NCBI GenBank assembly: GCA_002633005.1 | Contig: NMRA01000572.1 | Coordinates: 134,534-198,533, forward strand | DNA from: Phoronis australis | Lineage: Eukaryota; Animalia; Phoronida | Length of the DNA: 64,000 nt | Direction: 5' to 3' | Part shown: positions 1 to 11,240 of the stretch, piece after piece | How the letters are laid out: each line of letters opens with the position of its first letter | How positions within the stretch are numbered: the stretch's first letter is position 1 | Position numbers and translations under genes: made by a program | Notes under the pieces: model-generated | What the model was told of the DNA's origin: nothing | What the model saw: only the letters and a program-made list of their open reading frames with translations | The model's database searches: none

Positions 1-830
1 CAGAATTCCAAGATGAGCCCGGTGTCTTGCCCTTGCCTTAGACGCAGTCACACAGGCGTGACACAGGTCTGGTGAACACGCATTTGTAAATTGTCCGACT
101 CTCGCCAAAATCAGTTGCCACACAGTTTGTAGGTGTGGTGACTTAGTACTCACATTATGCTGTGTCAAGATTTCACACATGTGCAGAGGATATTCTTTTA
201 ATGTCCCACACACTTCATCACACTCCATCATAACACTTAACACTACATCAGCCATTTTGGCACCACTAAAGTGACACCTGTTGTTGGACACTGTGTTCTT
301 AAACAAATGCGCCTGAGTTGATGACACTAAACTAAATATTAATAACCTAATTTGTAATCAAAACTATGCACTCTACTGGTGTTGTAGTGTTCCAAACAGG
401 TATTGGCATTGAGGGTAATTTCCACTCAGGTGGTTGTCACAATCTTGCAGTTGCTATAGGAAATGCTCGGCGCCAGAAGATTTTATTGTACCAGTCAACA
501 TCTCTAAGATGGAAACGTCTTGTGCAAAAGTCTGGTGTTGATCAGTGTTGTGCCGGCTGAGATATACGGGCTCAAATTGTGGCGAAATTGCAATACTTTT
601 GTTAACCTGTGACCCCTCTATACTTTATGCCTGATTTTTTTAACTTAGCGGCAGAGTTTATGAGTATGGTTTAACATCTTTGTGAAGCTGAAGACCAAGA
701 AATATTCTCAACCAATCAGCGTAAAGTGGTTCATATTACATCGTGGCCACGAAATTACTCAGAAGCCACACTGCGTAACTATTGAGTTCCATTTCTTGGA
801 CATTCTGTACTTGTCGATCTCTGGGCTAAA

Positions 831-960
831 ATGCCGCGTTGCGTGGTGTACAGGTGTAGCAATGTCAGTGGCAGTGGCATGCATTTGCACAACTTCCCCA
901 CCGATCCCAACGTGTGCCGTGGGTAGAATAGATTCATATCTGCGACAAGGACTGGCGACA
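831..960 (+). pseudogene. Degenerate THAP-domain N-terminus, transposon-derived
   Basis: MPRCVVYRCSNVSGSGMHLHNFPTDPNVCRG*NRFI gives CxxxxCxN...HxFP; the conserved Trp reads TAG. Element ends were not found. Confidence 0.65.
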
Positions 961-2584
961 AAATTCCCGATCAGCAAGATATGTTCGAGACTAGGTGCAA
1001 AGCTGTGTACAAATCTACTGCTTTGCACCGATATGAGTAAAAATGACTTAATAAAATCTGACACAAAAGTAGTGTCACCACTCTTCTTTGAGTAAACCAA
1101 ATTATTTACCGATGTTGGAAAAATTGGTGTTCTGCCACTCATCTACTGCTAAAATTGAAGTGCACCCTTGTGAGTCGGCTTTCGGCGTTTACGTCGCGTG
1201 ACCTGAAGAGTTTCATTTCCCATCGTTTATTCTTCTATCTACTGTTCTTCCCTGCCATGAAATTGTTGGAACTGGTTTCGTTTCGTTGCATGTTTTTAGT
1301 ATTTTTAAGACCAGTAAACCAAATTTTAGAACATAAACTTTGCTGCTGCGAAGCTGTCATCATGTCCCAAGAGATGTCGCAAAATATTAGGACGGTGCGT
1401 GCGCGTGTCACAAGCGAACTGTTTTCAAAACTACGACTGACTTTCTTTGTTACAAAACTCAAAAGTAGGAGAGTTATGTTAGAAAATGATGTTTATTAGC
1501 TTGTTTTTCACTTAAACCACTAGCAATGGGCAAGGCTAGTGTTGGAATTGTCTCCCAGATTTTGCATGCACCCCGTCGGTCGTTGGCTATACTGTATAAG
1601 TTTCAGAATGAGGTGACTAACAGTACTCATACCAGGCCTGTATGAAATTTCATGGTCTAACAGAGCTCAATTTACAGTGTTACCTAGCTGTATGTTGACC
1701 ATAGTCTTCAAACAGCTAGCTGGCTGGCTACAATTAAATTAAGATCTACAATGCGTTCTTCCACGTTTCATGTTACTGTTCCAGCCCAGCGTATAGGGGG
1801 TCCGGCCCAAATCATAATATTCTCATTTGGGCCGTTCCCGTAGGCTTAACAGAATTCTGATACTGGCGGCTCATATCGGAATATATTTTTTGATTGAATG
1901 TAGTACTATCAATTAATTACAAATCCTTATAATTCGGTATGTTTTCATGAAGTCTAGACTTTATTTCATAGTTTTAATTTATTGCAGATACTCACCACGC
2001 TGTGTTGATATTGAATTTTCGATCTTTTGAGGTTGACCGAGTCAAAATGGGGGCAACTACGGGTTGCAGGATTTCAAGGCGAATTATTTTGAAAATTAAG
2101 TTTCTAATATAAAATTGTCAATGAATTTGAATGGAATTGCTTTGTACGAAAAGCTAACATGTGTTGTAACATTTCCCCGTATTTTGCACCAAATTAAACG
2201 GCCTCTTGTCACAGATTCCAATACGGGACACACACTCAACAGCGGCCCGTATCGGAATCGCATAGCGTTCACACCTTCGGCTTCAAGGTTACAAGACATG
2301 ATTGCAAAGGTCCTAACATCAGAATTTTTGTATCGAGCATTTTAACTACACTTTATAATAAACATTGTGAAATTGCCTGTTAACTATTCGGACAAAGTGT
2401 TTTGTTTTTCCTGCTGTTTCGGCAACCCCTGTCATCCTCGCGGGGTTTCCCATACGGGCCCGTATTAGAATGTGTGCTAAATAATTGAATAAAAATTCTG
2501 AAGGTAATTATTTTGATCAATTTTAATATTAATTGACATGAAAAAATAATTAATGTGTTTCCTTGATTTTCCACGTATTTTGCA

Positions 2585-4430
2585 CTGAATTAAATGGCCA
2601 TGAAATTTGGCACATATGTTCCATTCATGAATGGGGCGGCATGTGCAAACTTTCGGACGGATCCGACTACCGGTGTGCCCCCTAGTGGCAATTTTAGTTT
2701 TTACGCTTATCTTTGTATCTTCAAAAGTCCTGAACGGATTTTCATGAAATTTAGTATGCAGGCACCTATTAGTGAGATGACGCTATCTTCTCGTTTTCAG
2801 ATGGATTCGACATAGTTTGCGCCACCTAGTGGCCATTTTTAGTGTTTTCGAGTCCGTTTTTGTGCGTCCACCCCTCTATCAACCAAACTGCTCAAAGGAT
2901 GATTGTGAAAATTGGCATGTATATGCTTACTATGTAGAGGATGGTTGGCGATGATTTTCCGACGATTTTGACTACTGTGGCGCCTCCTAGTGGCAGTTTT
3001 GTTTTTTGTGCCTATGGCTGTATCTCCTAAACCGTTCGCAGGATCTTTGCGAAATTGTGTAAGTTTATTTATATGATGTTAACAACGGAAGATGACGACT
3101 TTTGGACGAACCCGACTACCGGTGTGCCCTCTAGTGGCGATTTTAGTTTTTTACGCTTACTTTTGTATCTTCAAAAGTCCTGAACAGATTTTCATGAAAT
3201 TTGATATGTAGGCACCTATTAGTGAGATGATGCTATCCTTCCGTTTTCAGATGGATTCGGCATAGTTTGCGCCACCTAGTGGCCATTTTTACTGTTTTCG
3301 AGTCTGTATTTTTCGTACACCCCTCTATCAACAAAACCGCTCAAAGGATGATGGTGAAACTTGGCATGTATGTGCTTACTATAAAGAGGACAGCTGACAA
3401 TGATTTTCAGACGATTTGGACTACTGTGGCACCTCCTAGTGGCAGTTTTTTTTTGCGCCTATGGCTGTATCTCCCAATCCGTTCCCCGGATCTTTACGAA
3501 ATTTAATAAGTGTATTTATATGATATTAACAACAGACAATGACGACTTTTGGATGGATCCGCCTACCAGTGTGCCCCCTAGTGGCAATTTTATTTTTTTA
3601 TGTTTACCTCTGTATCTTCACAAGTCCTTAACGAATTTTCATGAAATTTGGTATGTAGGCACCTATTAGTGCGATGAAGCTATCCTCCCGTTTTGGAATG
3701 GAGTCGACCTAGTTTGCGACACCCAGTGGCCATTTTTACTGTTCTTTGAGTCTTTTTTAGCGTCCACCCCTCTATCAACCAAACTGCTCAAAGTATGATT
3801 GTGAAAATTGGCATGTATGTTCTTACTATGAAGAGGACGGTTGACGCTGAATTTCCCATGACTTTGATTACTGTGGCGCCTCCTAGTGGCAGTTTTTTTT
3901 TGCGCCCATGGCTGTATCTCCCAATCCGTTTGCAGGATCTTTACTAAATTTAGCAAGTGTATTTATGTGATGTTGACAACGTATGATGACAACTTAAGGA
4001 TGATTCTGACTACCGGTATGCCTCTAGTGGCAATTTTAGTATTTTACCTTGACCTCTGTATTTTCATAGGTCTTCGGGTGTCTACTTTGTGTTACTTTGT
4101 GTCTATAAAGGAAAAGTTCCAAGTAGAAATTTGTTTCTGGCATTCTGATGCTGTGCTAATCTCGTATGTTGGTAAATTTGTTTTTAATTCTATGTTTCTG
4201 TGGTGCTTTAAGCAACTGATGTATAGGATGTGCTTGTATTATGAAGATCACTCACATTTTGCCCCTAGCCTATTGAGGAGACAATGACCATGCCTTTCCA
4301 TTTTGCAAAGTACAACATAGTACATATATGCCCTCTAGTGGCCACTTTATGGTACCAATAAACAACCCTAGAAGGATACCGTATACGGTGCAATTGTGGG
4401 CGCATTTCAACGCTCTTCGTTGCTCTTGTC
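2585..4430 (+). mobile_element. DINE-1/HINE-like Helentron element, family 1, with about 450-bp internal tandem repeats (5'-truncated)
   Basis: gcacctattagtg recurs near 2762, 3212 and 3659. The 3' end GTGGGCGCATTTCAACGCTC..CTCTTGT is shared with other copies. Confidence 0.75.
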
Positions 4431-4779
4431 TTATTTTGTAACTGTAGCTCTGATGACTCATTTTACAGAATATTAAAGCTAGTTAAGATGATGTAATAAA
4501 CTTTATAACAGCAATTTGACTCTAGATCACCAAACACATAATGCACTCATCATTCAACCAATAACTCTAATATTTGTTTGGTACGCTACTTGGCTGTTTT
4601 CGTAAATTTAGATGTAAAAGTCTTGGTCCACACAGTTTTTTTGAGTAAAATGCTTTCTACAGAGGTCTGTTTTTGTAAACTTAGATGTAAAAGCCTTATC
4701 CTACGCATTCTTTTGTAAAAAAACTCACTGTGTATGGGTAGGAAATATTGCTGCTAAACGTTGGTGTAGTGGGGGTTAT

Positions 4780-4970
4780 CATTGGCGGATCCAGGATTTT
4801 GAGTTAGGGGGGGGCCAAGGCACAGGAATACGTAACCAGAATTTCGCCCCATGCGCGCGCCCAGCCTAAAATGTAGGTATACAGGGTTCTCGAATCCTTG
4901 GGTTTGTGGACCTTATTACTAAAAAAAAACGATAAACGGGGTTTCTTCAAGGCTTACGCATTTGCATTCA
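4780..4970 (+). mobile_element. Truncated copy of the 41311 composite MITE
   Basis: Colinear with 41311-41490, including the nested CATGCGCGCGCCCAGCCTAAAAT junction. Confidence 0.75.
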
Positions 4971-5387
4971 GGACCTATTGTACTACACTCCTTGCAGCAA
5001 ACATAGCCTGTCAAACACAGACCACAGTCTCTCCTCTTCTGACCCATATGTTAGGCTGTGTGAGCTGGGCAGTTTGGGAACTTAACTCGTGTTTTATAGC
5101 AGAGTGAATCACTGAACTGAGCTTACAGCTCCGCAAATTGTGTTCATCAGTTTGTGAGCCGTATCGTTCTTGCAGCCTGTTGATGTAAGTCTTATAAATA
5201 TCAAGATTTCTCCTGTTAGTGGTGCATGGGCAATTTTGTAGGGTCCAGTAAAATTTCCAGTGATTATTCTTTTGTTAAAACTACACCACTGGATTTTAAG
5301 GTTCATGTATTGTCAGTTATTCCAAAGTGCAGTTTCATATTTTCAGTTTAAATTATCTTATTTTACTGTTGGTTGTTTTGTTTACAG

Positions 5388-5468
5388 TACGCAGTCTGGT
5401 GTCTTGTGTGGATAGGCTGGAATATATTTGTGATATGTCTCTATTTAGAAGTTGGAATCTTAACTAGG
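5388..5468 (+). CDS. NKAIN: NKAIN family internal exon (YAVWCLVWIGWNIFVICLYLEVGILTR)
   Basis: tttacag| acceptor and |gtaagt donor, 81 nt, phase 0-0. Translation matches the NKAIN transmembrane motif YxxWxxxWxxWNxFxICxYLEVG. Confidence 0.93.
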
Positions 5469-5567
5469 GTAAGTTGTTCTCATATACTAAGGGTCTGAGT
5501 TTGAGGTTAGGTGGAATCTTAGAAAATTCCGAATGTGGCCAACTTTGCAAAATTATATATCTTAGAA

Positions 5568-5899
5568 ATATGGGTTCATATTCATATTATATCTTAGAAA
5601 TATGGGTTCATATTCCTATCAAATGTGGGTTCATATTCCTATCAAATGTGGGTTCATATTCCTATCAAATATGGGTTCATATTCCTATCAAATGTGGGTT
5701 CATATTCCTATCAAATGTGGTTTCATATTCCTATCAAATGTGGGTTCATATTCCTATCTAATGTGGGTTCATATTCCTATCAAATGTGGGTTCATATTCC
5801 TATCAAATGTGGGTTCATATTCCTATCAAATGTGGGTTCATGTTCCTATCAAATGTGGGTTCATGTTCCTATCAAATGTGGGTTCATACTCCTATCAAA
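5568..5899. repeat. 23-bp minisatellite, about 14 copies
   Basis: Tandem unit TGTGGGTTCATATTCCTATCAAA. Confidence 0.95.
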
Positions 5900-6133
5900 C
5901 TTTCTGATACGTTGCTTTATACACTGTTCTCCATAACGATGAGAGGATTTGTTTTTAAAATGTTAAAAGATTTTGCATGTGTTGGTAGCATGTGGTTTTG
6001 AATACCAAATCTATAGATAGATTCTCCTGTGCATCAGAAAATATCTTTTTATCATGTTCTTTTCACAGAAATATCAGTTTTTAACATTTGTTTTTCTTTA
6101 GTTGGGTAATTTTTCAAATAGTTAAGTACATAA

Positions 6134-6366
6134 AAGCACTTCTCATTTAAAAAGGGACTTTCCCACTTTGTCCGAAACTGAAATGTAATATTACAATATA
6201 GATAAATATCAACATTTTGTCTTTAAATTTGGTTTGTGATCAAGAGGGGGTAATGATCGATTACAAACCAAACTTAAAGACAAAATGTTGATATTTATCT
6301 ATATTGTAATATTACATTTCAGTTTGGAACAAAGCAGGAAAGTCCCTTTTTAAATGGTAAGTGCTT
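6134..6366. repeat. Fold-back palindrome, about 105-bp arms with a short loop
   Basis: AAGCAC..AAAAGGGACTTTCC..ATTACAATATAGATAAATATCAACATTTTGTCTTTAA is mirrored after 6255. Confidence 0.9.
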
Positions 6367-6407
6367 AATTAAGCAATTGTTTACGGAAACAGTAATTTGT
6401 ATGTTTT

Positions 6408-7862
6408 TTATGCACCCAAATATTTATATGTGGGTGCATATTGCTGTCATCACCGTCTAAGCATCCAGCTTCACATCCAGCTTCACATCCAGCTTCACAT
6501 CCAGCTTCCACAGCTGTATTTCTTAAAGCGTCACAGGATCTTAATGAGATCTGGCAAATGTGTTCAGATGAAGATGACGACAAATGATGAATTTTGGACC
6601 GATCTTACTACCACTGTGCTTGCTAGTGGCAATTTTTTTCAGTTTTCTCAGTGTCTGTATAATTTTTGGAAGAATTTTCATGAAATTTTGCAAATAAGTT
6701 TGTTAAGGAGACTATGACACCTTTCTATATTAGGATGGCTATTACGATTCTGCGCAACCTAGTGGCCATTTTTGAAATTTTCAAGTCAGTTTTTTAGTGA
6801 GAGCCTTTCTATGTGTCAGACCGCTTGAAGAATCATTATGAAAATTGGCGAGTGTTTTCCTAATGAGGAAATCGCGACGGGTTGATTTTCGGACGATTTT
6901 CACATCTCTGGCACTGTCATGTAGGTTCTTAGTTTGAAGAGGATGGTTGACAATGATTTTGCGACGACTTCGACTACTGTGGCATCTCCTGGTGGCAGTT
7001 TTTTTGCAGCCATAGCTGTATCTCCTAAACCCACCACAGGATGTTCGTTAAATTTATCAAGTGTTTTACATCAATTTGACAACGGACGATGACTTTCTGA
7101 CTGATCCAACGAACGGTGTGCCCTCTGGCAGCAATTTATTTTAATTGTTTCGTTTTCATGTTTTTTGGAGTTCCTACACGGATTATTATGCAATTTGGTA
7201 AATAGATTTCTATTAAAGAAATAGTGACATGTTCCCGTTTTTCGGTGGGATTTGACATATTTTGTGCCACATGGTGGTCATTTTTGTTGTTATTGATCCT
7301 GTTTTTTTGCCATATGCTTCTTTATTCGCCAGCCCCTTTATTCGCCAAACCACTGTAAGGATAATTATGAAAATTGACATATGTGTTCCGACTGAGAAAA
7401 GGGTGGCTTACAATGGTCTTTATACAGATCCAACTACAGTGGCTCCTCCTGGTGCCAGTTTTTATGCACCCACATATTTATATGTGGTCGCATATTGCCG
7501 TCATCTCTGTCTGGGCGTCTGGCTTCCGGCGTCTGCGGCTGTATCTCCTTTATATAACCCTTTTGAAGGATGTTTGCGAATTTGGCTTCTATAGAGATGG
7601 CAACAGATGACAATGACCAATCAGACTATAGCTGTGCCTCTTAGTGTAAATTGTTTTTCTACATTTGCCTCTATATCTTTGGAGTTCCCTTGGTTATGTT
7701 CAAGAAATAGGGCAAATAGTTGTGTTTTTCAGAGAGGATGCCACCTTCCCAATTCAGATGGGTTTGAAGCATTGTGCGCCATCTAATGGCCATTTCTTTG
7801 ATACTAAAACGCCCAAAGAAGCACACTGTTTGCGATAATGCCGTGCTATGCATTGCTCTTGT
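6408..7862 (+). mobile_element. HINE family 1, two heads (6409 and about 7463), diverged
   Basis: 5' hairpin TATGCACCCAmATATTTATATGTGGGTGCATA, then a simple repeat (CATCCAGCTTCA x4), central repeats and a ..CTCTTGT end. Confidence 0.7.
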
Positions 7863-8006
7863 ATGTAATAAGAGAAAAGAGTAATCCAGTTGGCCAAGCG
7901 TAGAACAGTTTTGTGAATTGATTGCTAATTTGAAAGACATGCACGAGTAAGGAATGTTTGAGCTTTGGATATGAATTTATATGACCAATTGATCTTTTTT
8001 CTGCAG

Positions 8007-8219
8007 GAAAGTTCAATTTTGAATATAGGTACCGGTAACAAGAGTTGGTGGCTTGATCATGGAATCGGTTGCACAGTCACAGATGTCCTCAACCAATCAA
8101 CAACAAGCAGCATGGCTACTGGCACCCGCTATATCCCTCCCGAGGAAGCAGTCACTGGGTGTCTGCTCCGATATTACTACGTTGAAATTATACACGCTGG
8201 AATCCAGTGTTTGTTAACA
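8007..8219 (+). CDS. NKAIN: NKAIN family internal exon (extracellular loop, ..KSWWLDHGIGC...VTGCLLRYYYVEIIHAGIQCLLT)
   Basis: ttttttctgcag| and |gtaagt, 213 nt, phase 0-0. SWWxxxGxGC and GCxxxYxYxExxHxxxQ are NKAIN hallmarks. Confidence 0.93.
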
Positions 8220-8348
8220 GTAAGTGGTGCATTGTGTAAGGTTTGCTATGTGCGCATCATTCAGGTTGGTGGAGGAGGTGGTATCATTGATGGTAAATGT
8301 AAAGCCAGCCGCACACAAAGTAGCAGCTGCCGTGTGACCAATCTGTTA

Positions 8349-8590
8349 GTGGCCTTGGCTACATGACAACTGGTGAGCACACAGTGCTGCTTCATAGTGG
8401 CCTTAGTTACATGACAACTTGTGGGCACACAGTGCTGCTTCATTGTGGCCTTAGTTACATGACAACTGGTGAGCACACAGTGCTGCTTCATAGTGGCCTT
8501 AGTTACATGACAACTTGTGAGCACACAGTGCTGCTTCATAGTGGCCTTAGCTACATGACAACTGGTGAGCACACTGTGCTGCTTCATGGC
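8349..8590. repeat. 48-bp minisatellite x5
   Basis: Unit TGGCCTTAGTTACATGACAACTGGTGAGCACACAGTGCTGCTTCATAG. Confidence 0.95.
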
Positions 8591-9516
8591 CAGCTTAACA
8601 TGATCATCTGACTTGTCAATGTAATTCACTTCAAGAGTACGCATGTCCTTCAAATTGAACGTTTACCTTCTGCACGCAAAAAATAAACCAAACCTGAGTG
8701 CTGATAATGCGCAATCGATTTTGCATTGTGTGCTCCTGCTTTAAATGATATCTGCTATTACCAAATTAAGAGTTGATGTTAACTTAAAAAGCATATTTGG
8801 TTCTGGTCTTCGAGTCGCTGGTGTGCTATTTTTAATTACTAGTTTTTTCAAAAAAGAATATCCACCCAAGACGAGCAAAAATGAGGTGGAATTTATTCTT
8901 TTAATCACAACTTATCAAATCATGGCATTCCAAATGTTGCTTGCATTCATTTGTGCAGCTTTTCAACTAAAAAGAGCAGACTGGCTGAAATTGGTGGGAG
9001 CCAGTGTTTTTTTGTGTTGTATTGTTTTGTTTTGTATTATTTTTCTTCAGTCGGTGAGTGCAGGTCTCAAAATGGGTCAGGGTAGAGACCAGAATAAACT
9101 TCGACGTCATGCATAGTGAATAAAACATCTTTGTAAAATCAGATGTTTGAAGTACAAGTACTTTCTGATCTGTTGGTAAAACATCAGCAGCTGGCTGCAG
9201 GTGTGAATTTGTTGTACTTTTTCGAACAACATGATTATTGAATATGCAGATATCTTCCTTTTTTAGGTTATCTCTCATGTTTACCTTTTATAGAATTAAT
9301 GATGTTTTGAGTTATAACCATGAACTGCTAATAGAGTAAATACAATTTCACTGTGAATGTAAATGATTTCTTTTCTTACAATTTGAATAATTATTTCAGG
9401 CCATTCATTGTCTGAGTGGTGTTTCACTTTAATTTCTTGTTTGCAAATTAAAGGCACCGTTTCGACCTTCGTCTCCCAGCTTATCTGTGGCTGTGTAATG
9501 TTTTGTTGTGTTTCAG

Positions 9517-9577
9517 CTACTGGCTTTCTGTGCATCCTGTTATGTCATCCACATCTTCACTGAGGAAGACGATAGCT
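9517..9577 (+). CDS. NKAIN: NKAIN family internal exon (LLAFCASCYVIHIFTEEDDS)
   Basis: tttcag| and |gtaagt, 61 nt, phase 0-1. Matches the last TM helix and acidic motif of NKAIN. Confidence 0.92.
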
Positions 9578-11048
9578 GTAAGTATAAATACCATTACGGC
9601 AACCTTGCACGCTCTCGCACTATCGAAAGCTCCATCTCTGCCCGCACGCACGACTCCTACCTCTCTCCGGACAACTGGCACCTTTCCACCTATGTCTCCT
9701 TCAGTGACACGCTCGAGTCGACATCCTCGGTCCACTCGTCAATGTGACGTAAACATTGCCATCGATGGCCTTGATAGCAGTGCCACTGATAATGTGTCGG
9801 TTGACCTTGTAACTGCTCAGGATGACCTTGACACTTAGTTGAGTGACACGAACATTGCACCAATGGACTTTTTAATGTACTTTGCCAGCATTTGATTGGT
9901 TCTTATTGCCGATGTTGGGACGATGGTCACTGAAGATTGTCATTAGATGTTCTGTGAAACCTTGTGTGCAGTGTGTGATTGCCTTAGCTAGATCTAACTG
10001 CATAGACATAGTGTTCTAACTGAGGAGAGGGGTTCACACTTGCAGTGTTGAGGGATGCTTGTAAAGGCTTTGGACTTTTTCAGTGACGTTGAGAAAAAAT
10101 GTGAAGAGCAGTTTTCCAGACCAAGACTTTTATTGCCAAACTACCTCTTTTTATAAAAAAATGTCAAAAATGTTTGTCAGGAATTTATGCTTTTCTCATA
10201 TCAAACCGTTTTCTATTTTCTCTATACTCAACTTTAAGACATTCTGTCTGCCTATTTACTTTTAGTTCAGTTCTTTGTTTTACTTTATTTTAATTTATCC
10301 TGAGCACACTCTCAGCTGTAGGTTCCCCTAGGTTACGTGTGGCATTCTCGTTGAATTGTTGTAACATCCACGTTTTTTTACATATTGAATAACATGCCAC
10401 CCCCATCTTAATACATGAACCCTTCCAAATGCAGGTGTGTGACCAAGCCAAACCAATATGTTATTTTTATCTCCCTTGTTCGTGCTTCTTCCTCGAGGAA
10501 TTGTCCCAGTGTGAGAGTCACATTTTGCGTTTCAACCGCCTTATTTTCCACCAAAGTGTGCACCGTTATGTCGTTTCCCAAATCTTGGACCCTTGTGATC
10601 TCATGTTCTAACAAACACACTTTGTACAAACTAGTGATGGCTTCTTTTGTATGAAGCAGTTCTTCCTCATCGTTTTCTCTGTACGGCGGTGCCATCTATC
10701 TACTTCTTTCTGCACTTCCTTTTTTAAATTTCATCTGATTGTGGGTAAGGTTTAGAAGTTGGTGTCAAGTTCAGGTAGACTTAAGAACTAAAATTTTATA
10801 AATGTGGGTTTAAAGGTGGTGGCTGAACAAACGTTCGCTAAGATGACTAATACAAGCACTTTGTCGATCGATTGCAACTTGAATTTTCACAACAGATTTT
10901 CGTGTGCAGTTTGTAAACCAGATCTTTTTCATCCTGGCACTAAGATTTTGATTTAAAGTTGGCTTTGAGCAAAACATTTTATAATTGGTCGGAAGAGTGA
11001 AACCGTTTGGATGACATCGTTAAACTCAATTTCGTGAGTTGTCTGTAA

Positions 11049-11240
<192 letters not shown>

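Noticed and set aside
5474-6001. Overlapping repetitive ORFs; also a superficial CRISPR-like periodicity
   Set aside because: They are translations of a 23-bp tandem repeat with no unique spacers, in a eukaryotic intron.
8261-8653. ORFs with 16-aa repeats
   Set aside because: Product of a 48-bp intronic minisatellite.
10408-10695. 95-aa minus-strand ORF
   Set aside because: No recognisable motif or splice context; within chance length.
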